From the NCBI GenBank assembly GCA_030637655.1, contig DAOWGI010000024.1:1-64000 (forward strand): a DNA stretch of 64,000 bases, in the 5' to 3' direction. The notes beneath the pieces were generated by a model. That model searched no databases, had not been told where the DNA came from, and saw only the letters and a program-made list of their open reading frames with translations. How positions within the stretch are numbered: position 1 is the stretch's first letter; each line of letters starts with the position of its first letter. This DNA comes from a candidate division FCPU426 bacterium. Lineage in GTDB: Bacteria; Oederibacteriota; JAAXVQ01; JAUVAV01. Shown here one piece after another: positions 29,890 through 39,700 of the stretch. Both the position numbers and the translations under genes were made by a program.

Positions 29890-30025
29890 CCTAACTTTTT
29901 TCTCTCGTTCAACATACTCACTGCTTCAATCTTGAATTCCCTTGCATATCTTCCTCTTTTTTTCATCGGACACCTCCATGTTTTATTGTCTCATTTTTAG
30001 GTGTCTGTCAAACCAGGATGGTCCA
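29890..30025 (-). mobile_element. IS3-family left-end remnant (IRL + start of orfA)
   Basis: TG-starting IR tggaccatcctggtttgacagacacc; SD ggagg; ATG 29966 MKKRGRYAREFKIEAVSML resembles HTH_Tnp_1, then truncates. Confidence 0.65.
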
Positions 30026-30119
30026 CTCTGACCCCGTTCACTCTGTTCACGTTTATCATCATAGGCGACACCTTCTACAGTTTCCGGATTGAAAACAAGA
30101 TGTGTTTTTTGATTTACGC

Positions 30120-30148
30120 TTGCACACTATATGTTAAAGCGGTATAAT
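30120..30148 (+). promoter_or_regulatory. Sigma70 promoter of higBA
   Basis: TTGCAC-17 nt-TATAAT, ending 5 nt before the higB ATG. Confidence 0.7.
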
Positions 30149-30153
30149 TAATC

Positions 30154-30447
30154 ATGATAATTAATATCAAAAATGAAACTACTAAAGATATTTTTAACGG
30201 TCTAAATACCAAGTCCGCGCGCAAAATCCCTCGTATTGTTTGGGGTATTGCACAACGGAAACTTGATATGATTAATTCGGCCAATGAATTAATTGATTTG
30301 AAGTCACCACCAGGTAATAGGCTAGAGCCGTTGAAAGGAAACTTATCCGGTTTTCATAGCATCCGAATCAATGACCAATACCGGGTTATCTTTAAATTTT
30401 CAGGTGCCAATGCTTCGGATATTAAAATAACAGATTATCACAAGTGA
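30154..30447 (+). CDS. higB: HigB toxin (RelE/ParE family)
   Basis: RKLDMI, DLKSPPGNRLEPLKG, HSIRINDQYRVIF, ITDYH. Confidence 0.95.
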   Translation: MIINIKNETTKDIFNGLNTKSARKIPRIVWGIAQRKLDMINSANELIDLKSPPGNRLEPLKGNLSGFHSIRINDQYRVIFKFSGANASDIKITDYHK

Positions 30448-30457
30448 GGTGATTAAC

Positions 30458-30733
30458 ATGATTCCTACACATCGTCAACCAACTCATCCTGGCGAAATTC
30501 TTGCAGAAGAGTTTCTTAAACCTATGGGTATTTCGCAGGTTGAGTTTGCAAAAAACATAGGCGTGCCTATTCAAAGAGTAAATACGCTCATTAAGGGCAA
30601 GCGTGGTATAAGCGCGGAAACCGCCGTGCTTATTTCAAGCAATCTGAACACTACGCCTGAATTCTGGATGAATCTGCAAACAGCTTATGACTTGTATGCT
30701 GCCATGATAAAATTAGACAAGCTGGCCGCCTAA
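30458..30733 (+). CDS. higA: HigA antitoxin
   Basis: PTHPGEILAEEFLKP, HTH, GKRGISAETA, TTPEFWMNLQ; SD gaggtg before ATG 30458. Confidence 0.95.
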   Translation: MIPTHRQPTHPGEILAEEFLKPMGISQVEFAKNIGVPIQRVNTLIKGKRGISAETAVLISSNLNTTPEFWMNLQTAYDLYAAMIKLDKLAA

Positions 30734-30761
30734 GTTGATTTAATCCGTGGACAGTAGAAAA

Positions 30762-30923
30762 GGAAGGCTGTTGATAGCCGAGCCTAAAGGCCGCGTTTCG
30801 GAAATTGATTTTGAGAAGTCCCTTGCCCTGGCTGAAAAAAGCGGCTTTAAAGTGATGGAACGTCCCCTGATTGGCCGAAGTCATGCTGCCCTATTGGAAA
30901 AACACGCTCCGCTTAACGACTAA
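30762..30923 (+). pseudogene. 3' fragment of a class I SAM-dependent methyltransferase
   Basis: Headless frame GRLLIAEPKGRVSEIDFEKSLALAEKSGFKVMERPLIGRSHAALLEK..* resembles the G-x-L-L-I-x-E...GF C-terminus of methyltransferases; not in the ORF track. Confidence 0.5.
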
Positions 30924-30949
30924 ATATCCTGTAATTAATCATTTTCCAA

Positions 30950-33451
30950 TTAACTCAAGGTCCCGTATCGTTTATCCAAGACAGAACCCATGGTTGCCAC
31001 TTCATATACCCGGCAGGGTTGGTCAATTCCTTTTAACATTACCGGTTCGGTATTTTCGCGAATAATGGTTCGGCGTTGGATTTTACGGTCTTCATAAGCA
31101 TAGAGTTTCTCTTTTTTAAATTCAGCATCACTGACAAACAAGGGCGTAACATCCATTTCCTGTTTAATTTGTTCGAACATTTCTTCTGTTATCACAATAC
31201 CCCGATTATATAATTTCTTATCCCAGGTATAGGTGTTGAAAAAAAAGGGTTGCGACAAATGCGAATCAATATAATTCTTTACCTGATCCGAAGATCCGGA
31301 CAAGCGTGCGGCTTGAGTAAGTTGTGGAGAAATAACAATCGGAATTTTCTCCGTATCTTTATCTCTCTCATCTCCGACCAAAGCAAAAAATAATTCTCCA
31401 TTGGTCAAGGCCACACCCACATCCACACGCGGCATGGAATGGACTGCGGCAATATTGGCCAATATTTTTTTAAGCACATCTTCATGAATGGTCTCGTTCT
31501 CCACCCGGGAAAGTTCCATCAGAAAATCCTCCGCCTTTTTCGTCAGGCAACCCGGTTTCAAGGCTGTGATCCCCTGTTTGAGCTTGGCCGGATGACGAAG
31601 ATCCAGTCCTAATCCGGACGCGGCCTGGTATATTTCTTTGGCCTCTCGCAAATGCTCTTCACTCGATATTTTACAGAGTTTGTTGAATTGGGCAGTAATC
31701 TCAAAAGAAGCCCGGATCGCGTCTGCCGCTTTTTCATAATAAGCAGCATAACCATCTCCGGCAAAATAGATCCGCTTGCCTTGAAATTTCAAAGCTGAAC
31801 TATTGACCGCGGTCAGATACGGAGTCAAGTACGAGGCTGTATCTTTGGTTAATTTCATGGTAGTTTCCGTGGAATTACGCAGATCGGCAAAAAGAAAAAC
31901 TACCCGTCCGCGCCGTTGCTGTTGCTGGGGATAGATTTCGCCGGAACTACGTAAAAGAAATAAATTGCCCTCAGCAAAATTGTTCTTGATTTCAGCCTGG
32001 CATTTATCCAAAACATTCATCAGCAAAAGCCGCTCACGGCTGTTTTTAGCCTGGTGATTGTACCTAAGGTTCTGTATTCGCCAAATGCGAATCCCCTGCC
32101 AATTGATGGCCCGGTTGGAATCCCGGCCATAGCGGGAGCGTACCTGGTTAAAATCTTCCGAATATGCGAGTAAATTTCCAAACCGCTTCAGGACATCCTC
32201 AAATTCATAATCCTGATCACGTTTGGACAATCCCCCAAACAGTTTTCTCCGGCTGCGCTTAATCATTTTAATCCCAGCTTGCGCTACTTGCATGACCTGT
32301 TCCCTGGCCGGAGTGGCTTTCTTTTTAAGTACTTTGAAAAATCGCCGCTGTACGGCCGGTTTGGTAAAGATTTCTTCCATTTGACGTTCATTGTAAACAT
32401 AGGGCAGAATATCGTCCGCGTGTGCGGTGGTGCGCAAATATTCGCGCAGCACATGACGTAAACGCAGGCGTACATTCTCAAACACAATTTTAGCGCGTAA
32501 TTCCCGGTCGCGACGCAAGGCGCGGGTCATGCGCTTCCGGTCTTTGTGTGTTTCCATAATTTCTTTTAAGGCTGCCGGATTGGCAAGCACACGCTTGAGA
32601 TTATGTGTCTCCCACACTTTACTTGTACTTAACACTGTATTAAAGAGTGATATAAGCTGACTGCGCAGCTGATGTGAAATTTGGTGGGGATTGGGACCGG
32701 CCAGCACTTCCTCTACCATGCCAATGTCGGCAATGTCGATAAATCCGAGAACAAAGGGATTCAGCAAACGCCGGCAACCTTCATCCAGCACAGTGGTTCC
32801 CAGTTCCTTCCCTCGAACCTGTGACAGGGCCGCGCTCTCTTCGATGGTCATAAAGACCAGACACAAAACACGTCCCAGTGTGTAGCGCGCCCGGGTGGCC
32901 AATTTTCCCAATTGTTCCAGCTGTTTTTCAAAATATTCGGATATCATTTCCGCGATAATGGTCGTAATGGCCAGCGAAACATAGTAATTCAGGCGATGGA
33001 TTCCGGCAGACGGTTCCTGGACAATCGCATTCATCCGAAGCCGGCGATAGGCTTTGGCCAAGTCAATCACCTCGTGCTTAATCCAAGCTTGAAAGTTTTT
33101 CAAACTCAATAGCGGAGTCTCGCACCATTGATCAAAAAAAATGTCCGCTAATTCCGAATGCCAGGCCTTGAAAACCAACAACTCGCCACCCGTATCATCA
33201 ACAAACACATCCTCCTGACTGGATTGCCATTCAGCAAATATGAGATCGGATTTAGGAGAGCGCTCTTGGATGATTTCAGCAAACCGATTGATGACGCGAA
33301 AAATCATGATTTCAAAATCAATGTCTTTATCCTGGGCAGGCAAAAACGCGACCTGTTGAAAACGCATTTTGCCCCCATAATTTATTTCCGAAGGTTTATG
33401 ATCAAAGAAAAAGCAGTCGCTGCGTTTTGGCAGCACTTTTTTTGTGCGCAT
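30950..33451 (-). CDS. Large protein with a C-terminal class III adenylate/guanylate cyclase-like domain
   Basis: VVFLFADLRNSTE, YFAGDGYAA, VGVALTNGE, TQAARL, IVITEE, MLKGIDQPCRVYEV; alternative start at 33367. Confidence 0.72.
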   Translation of the reverse strand: MRTKKVLPKRSDCFFFDHKPSEINYGGKMRFQQVAFLPAQDKDIDFEIMIFRVINRFAEIIQERSPKSDLIFAEWQSSQEDVFVDDTGGELLVFKAWHSELADIFFDQWCETPLLSLKNFQAWIKHEVIDLAKAYRRLRMNAIVQEPSAGIHRLNYYVSLAITTIIAEMISEYFEKQLEQLGKLATRARYTLGRVLCLVFMTIEESAALSQVRGKELGTTVLDEGCRRLLNPFVLGFIDIADIGMVEEVLAGPNPHQISHQLRSQLISLFNTVLSTSKVWETHNLKRVLANPAALKEIMETHKDRKRMTRALRRDRELRAKIVFENVRLRLRHVLREYLRTTAHADDILPYVYNERQMEEIFTKPAVQRRFFKVLKKKATPAREQVMQVAQAGIKMIKRSRRKLFGGLSKRDQDYEFEDVLKRFGNLLAYSEDFNQVRSRYGRDSNRAINWQGIRIWRIQNLRYNHQAKNSRERLLLMNVLDKCQAEIKNNFAEGNLFLLRSSGEIYPQQQQRRGRVVFLFADLRNSTETTMKLTKDTASYLTPYLTAVNSSALKFQGKRIYFAGDGYAAYYEKAADAIRASFEITAQFNKLCKISSEEHLREAKEIYQAASGLGLDLRHPAKLKQGITALKPGCLTKKAEDFLMELSRVENETIHEDVLKKILANIAAVHSMPRVDVGVALTNGELFFALVGDERDKDTEKIPIVISPQLTQAARLSGSSDQVKNYIDSHLSQPFFFNTYTWDKKLYNRGIVITEEMFEQIKQEMDVTPLFVSDAEFKKEKLYAYEDRKIQRRTIIRENTEPVMLKGIDQPCRVYEVATMGSVLDKRYGTLS

Positions 33452-33527
33452 CGAAAGTAATCCTTTCTGCTTTTATCTCCAGGAATTTGTCGGACTTATC
33501 CTGCAATTGGGTTATAATAACACAAGT

Positions 33528-33562
33528 CTCCCCTTTTGGAAAAGGGGGATGAAGAGGATTTT
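33528..33562. repeat. CCCCTTT/AAAGGGG palindromic repeat
   Basis: ctccccttttggaaaagggggatgaagaggattt. Confidence 0.4.
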
Positions 33563-33769
33563 ACAACTACAACACCTTGGCTGAACTATAACCACGGCCT
33601 CAAGCACTCTCAATCACTCAGAAATAATATGACCCCGGCCGAAATACATCTCCGTCGGCGATTGAAAAGCAAATAACTTTGTGGTTTGCCTTTTTCCATC
33701 AAAAAATCATCGGCCATTATATGGTATTTTCCGGTGCCTGGCACCATTCCACTTCTTTGGTTTATTAAA

Positions 33770-36700
33770 TCACCAATCAGGACCTTTGCCAGAATACGTA
33801 ATTACCAGTAAAATGTCCTCAATAATGTTATCTGCAAACAACTTCTTTACATAAGCAGTGTTCGGCAGTTCCAGGGTCCAGGTGCCGGCCGGAGCTTTGC
33901 CTTGCAAAGCCAGCCAGGGAGAACCATTGCCGTGACGCGTGCTGATCAGCTTATCAACCCAGGCTGCCTCGCCGCCCAGTTCTGTTGGCGCCGCCGGATC
34001 ATTGGGCAGGAATTTCAGGGTGGCGGTAAAAGGCGCCAAGTCTTCTTTTTGACTGCTAAGATAGAGCAGCACCTGTTTAATACCCAGTTGGGATAAATTG
34101 ACCGGGAAATCATCCCATGATGTTTTGAAGGATACTGACATAGGATACTCGGATTGGCCGGGATTATGCAGATCAAACCACTGATCGGCAAATTGGTGCC
34201 TGAAACTAAAAGCCCGGTCACCGTCTGTAGTAGTCGGCAAGGAGTCAATGACCAGCTGGCGATAATCCGGGCTGTCCAAGGCAGTATAGTCAATCGTGAT
34301 CAGCACGTCGGCAATGCTTTTAAAATCAAAATGATTGGCAGCTCTGGGCATTTTAAATTCCCATAAAGTATCCACGCCCATACCCTCAAAGGGGAGGAGC
34401 ATATCAGAGGGTGTCTGCAATTCAAAAACACCGGTCGCATTCATCGGTGAGGTTAAAGCCACTGACTCAGGAGCACGGTAGGCGGTAATTGTTTGGAAAA
34501 GACCGTTATTATTAGTAACCAGGTTGGAAACACCCACAGTAGAGAGTGTGGCTTTGATGCCCTGGATTGGCGGTATCAGGGCAATGACTGAGGTCCGTAC
34601 CTGCTTGATCATTCTGAGGTAATGACCCGGGAAATCCCTCTCAAATAATTCCAGGGGAGTGCCAAAAATAATAACGCCTGTCTCGCGGAATCTCTGGAAC
34701 TCATAAGGAGCCAGGCCGGCCAGAGATATGGTCTTGCTGAGCTGGAGTTTGCGCTTCTCAGTTTCAAATTTGTATTGATCAAGTTTATAAAGATCAGTCA
34801 GAAGCCTGGCAGAACCTGTCAGACCATGCCTGTCAACAGTATCCTCAGAAGCTTTGCTGCTTGCCATGTTTTCAGGAGCTGCCACCCAGTAATCGTTTTG
34901 TATAAAAGTGGGAGCCTGCTCCTGCCGCTCAAAAGCCAGCTGGTTTTGCGCCATTCGGGCGGTAGCTGTTGCCTGCTGCAGGAAGTAGCTATAGACGTTT
35001 TCCAAGACCTTAAGCATCCAGCGGTACAGTTCGATATTGGTCTCTTTGCTCCGGAGAAATTCGATAATTTCCTCAACCTGTTTAGCCTGGATCTCGGATA
35101 TTTTTTTCTCCTGTCCAACGATTTTTACATTATCTTCGGAAATCTTAACTTGCTGCTTGCCAATAACTTTGGCATTGCCAGCTAATTGGAGCTGCAGCGT
35201 CCATTCCTGCTCGCGGCGTTCATGAGCAGCATAGAAAGAAGCTATCTGGCCGGCGGTTTCTACGGAGAGTTTTTTATCAGTCAGATACGCCTGTAGTGCT
35301 GCCGCCGTTGATACAATACCAGCACTGCCCACAGCTGCGGCAACACCAACTGTGGCAGTGGCAGCAATGGTTATAGCCACTGCTGCTTCTTTAGAAGCTT
35401 GAACTTGAGCGATCATACGCCGGTAAATCAGGGCCTCAGTATAAGTTCTAAGCAATTTCTGCTCCCAAGCATTGATGCCTTGCGCCAGCCAGGCCTGATA
35501 TGTGGTTTCCTGTATATCAGCGCTTTCCAGCTGCGCCATTGCCAGGTATACCTCATCATTGGCTTTTTTGAGACGCAGATTCTGAAGTTTTACACCGGCC
35601 CTGGCCAGCTCAGCATCCTGCCGGGCTTTGAGCAGGTTGTACTTCTCCTGCTCGTATTTTTCCAGAGCCGCCAGCATGGCATTCTCTATCTGTTGAGCTA
35701 TGCTTACTAATTCCTTGGTACGCGCCAGCAGAAATTCGTATCTATAGGGGATGGGCGGAGGAACAATACGCGTGGCCAGGTTCATAGTGCCTCCGGAACC
35801 AATGGAAGGCAGGGCGCTTAAAATATCAATCGGCGCCGCGTAATCAGAGAGTTCGCGCTTCATGCCCGCAATATTCCGGCAGTTCCTCAGTTTATATAAA
35901 TTAATCTCAGCCTGAAATCCCAGCAGATCAATCAGAGGGTTTTTAGGGATGCAGAATGAATACGACTGCATACTATTAAAAACCCCGAAAAACGGGAAAT
36001 AGGCGGGGGATAGTTCTGCTTCTGGCATATTGTTGTTCAAATAACCCGTTTGGCAGATCTTTTGGTAGAGCGGGGACAGGTCAGGCTGGGAAACAGTTAG
36101 TACCTCCTTAATCGAAGCGGGCTTGTTTTCTTTATGTTCACGAACCAGGTTATTGACAGCCGCTATAGTCTGATCCTTGCTTTTCGCTGCGTCTATTATT
36201 CTTTTCGCTTCCTTGAGTACCGCCGGGCTGTTAGCCTGCTTAAGCTTGTCGATAATAGTCTGCGCTTCTGAAGATGCGAAATCGCGTTTTAGTGCCAGCT
36301 CAAGATAGCCTATGATTTGTTCACAGACCTTTTGACCATAATTCAATACATCGGATTTCAGGAGTCGTTCCGCGGTTTCATACATCATCCTGGCTCTGGG
36401 CAAACTCTCCACTGTGTCATACGTGAATTCAGCATCAGCATAATCCAGAATACACTGGATGATCATAATCAGAATATTGCGCGAATAGGTATTCCGGCGC
36501 GCTGAGGCGATTCCATGGCAGTTAAGCGGATCTTGCAGCCATTCTTCCGGACGGTTAAACCCCTTAGCCGTATCTTCTTCCAATTTAAGACCATGGTAAA
36601 TTTTTCTCTCTCCTGCTGCTGCTTCGTAATTGTAAATAGTCCGGTACCAGGTCAGAGCTGCCTGGTATTCGTGATTTCTTTGCAGCTGGAGTGCAAAACT

Positions 36701-39700
36701 CAAAGGCAGATAATAAAAAGCTTCTTTAAGGTATTCCAAAAACGAGGGAGGGCCGGCCAGATTATTTAAAAAGGCTTTTTCCTGCAGACCTGACTGGGGT
36801 AATCCTACGGAATCATTTATTTCATAAGCATCCCCGAATAAGGGAGCAATGCGTTCCTGCTGAGAGACACTAAGCTGAAAATTCAGGCCAACATAAAATT
36901 CGGTACGAAGATATCCCCGGTAATTGCCGGTTTTTCCGGCCAGCCGCTCAAATTTTCTTTGGCGGTATAAAGTGCCCAGATAGCTATGTGACACTATGTG
37001 GTCCTGAGGTGCTAATCCTGACAGCTCCGCAGGTTCGAACATAGGGTGTAGGTGGCATGACATATTCAAGTGTTGCGGCATATTTACCATCATGGTCTCA
37101 AAGGATATAGGCTGCTCATGCACATGAAGTCTTATTTCAAAAGCCTGGTATTGAAAGGAGTTCTGATTTTTCCAGAAAACATAAACCATCTTCTTATTAT
37201 AGAAAAAGGAAAGGCCTTTGAATTCATCCAGGTCCGGAAAATCGATTGTGGACGTGTACTTCCCCAGAGGGATTAAAGCATGATTTGTGGGATCAGTGAT
37301 GGAATCAGCCAAAATAGGAATAGTATGTCGCAGGGTTTTCTCCCCCCAGGGAGAATCCAGGATATTATGAAAAGAAATGGGAACCATATAATAACCGGTC
37401 TGGGCTGATCTCGTTGTTTTCATGAATAGCATGCAGACACTCTGGTTAGAATATCCAAATTGGCAGGCGCCTAGGCAGGAGATGCGTTCGTTGGTATCCT
37501 CCAGAAGAGTTAATTCCTCGAAATCAGTACCCAATGCATTAAGACGGGTCCAATATATTTTGGAACGCGATCCCTGTATTGTGAAAAACAGACTGGGAGC
37601 AGTCTGGTCATTATTGGTATTTAATACCACAGCTTCAAAACCTGTGCCGGCAAGATCCGGTTCATAGGTGGTTAATTCATCTGACCAGGCCAGGCTTTTT
37701 ACATCCAGTCTGGCAAATGCAATCTGACGGGAGGCCTGATCCTTGATTTTGGCAAAAACATAAACATAGGATTCATCCTCATTGGGTCTGAAAGGAATTG
37801 CGCCTATTATTTTATCGACCATCACACCCTCAAAAGGCGGGATTAAAGACCAATACCTTTGATTCGGATTATTGCCAATATTGTTTTCGCAAAGCGACCA
37901 GTATGCTCTGTGGGTTGCTCCACCGCGCGCGAACATGCTAAGAGGATATTTCTGCGTTTCCCAAGGCCAGGCCCGGAAGTGGCAGCTGGCTTCCACAGTT
38001 AAGAAGCGGATGTCATTAAAATAATCCGTATATATTTTGGCAATTTTATCGGCATCCAGGCTGGTGAATCTATAATTACTCTGTATCGTGCGCAGCAAAT
38101 CAGTAAACACAGGCGTGGGATGGTTGCGAAAACCAGGCAGCAATATATTCTCAGGATACAGGAAAACACCCATGGCAGCTTTCCAGGTTTCGTACGAGCC
38201 GATCCATTGCCACTCTTTATCAAAATATGCATTAGGCAGTATCTCCAAACCAGCTATATTCAAATCTCCATTTCGCAAAGAGAAGAACAAACTTTGGAGC
38301 GTGGTTATGGCCTGGGATACACGGGTGGTCTTCCGGCAGGAACCTGTCCGGAAATCCAGGAGCAGGCGGCTGCCCAGCTGCTGCGCTTTTTCAGCATCCG
38401 TATTGCCATTGGCGGCGGATGCTGCTATCCACTGGTCGCGCAGCAGCTCCAGCGTATTCTCTTCACAGGAATCAACTGCTTCAGCCAGACCCGCGATTAC
38501 CGAATCAATTTGATTGAATCTGCTTTTCAAGGTATTCTGCCAGGCGCGGCGGTCCTGCCAATTGGCGCGATAGGGGATAAGCTCTTTTGGTTCCTCCTCC
38601 GCTAAAATAAAATAATCCGGACTCAATAAAATTGATTGTTCAATCTCAGCTCTCTGCCACTTAAAGCAGCCGCGTTTTTTCACAACCTCCAGTAAAATAT
38701 TATAAACCTGATCCCACTCAACCGGCATTACCCCAGCCTGGCTTTTGGCCAAATCCAGAATCTTTGTCAGATAATCAAGACCGGCATAAGTAAGATTCCA
38801 TTGCCTTAGAATATCAGGCAGCTCTTTTATCTCGTCGCGAATATTTGAGAGGTTCTTTAGAATATTCAAATTTACGCCCATAATACTATAAACAGCCAAA
38901 TGAAAAGTAAATACAGAATCAAGCACAATTATCTGGATGCGGTGATTAAAAGAATCAGCTGCATAGATATTGCCCTGCCGGTCAACTGTCAGACCGCGGG
39001 GTGATCGAAACTGCAGGTCGCCGGATCCCAGACTGCCCCAGGAGTCAACAAAATCACCTTCAGGTCTGATTTTCTGAACCCGGTTATTATCATCAGTGAC
39101 ATAGATATTATTATCAGAGTCAATCGCAATCCCCTGGGGCCGGCGGAACTGACCCTGGTCCTGACCTTCTGTTCCGATGGTTTTATAAAATTGATAATCC
39201 GCGGCAAAAACCTGGATGCGGTGGTTCTCATTATCCGCCACATACAATTTGCCGTCCTGGCTGACAGCAATATCCACCGGCAGATTAAATTCTAACTGAC
39301 CGGAGCCTGCCTGGCCGAAAGCATGAATAAATTCTCCCTGGCTGTTAAATATCTGTATTCTGTGATTGTTCCGGTCAGCCACATGCACCCTGCCCTTATT
39401 ATCAATGGCCAATCCGCCCGGATTTTTAAAAGTGCTGTTTTCAGGTCTGTTGTCCGGAGATTTCCGTCCCCACTTCAAAATAAAAGTGCCGTCGCAATCA
39501 AATTTTTGTATTCTGTGATTGTTGTTGTCAGAAACATAGATGTAACCGTTGGTATCGATGGCCAGATATTCGGGGAAGAAAAATTGGCCTGCCTGATTGC
39601 CCTGCGCCCCCCACTCTTTAATAAAATCGCCAAAAAGGCTGAATTTCTGGATTCTGCAGTTGTCGCGATCAACCACATAGACATATCCTCGTTTTTCATC

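Noticed and set aside
29303-29890. Intact 195-aa protein
   Set aside because: Chimeric frame spanning the IS91-like fragment and flanking debris.
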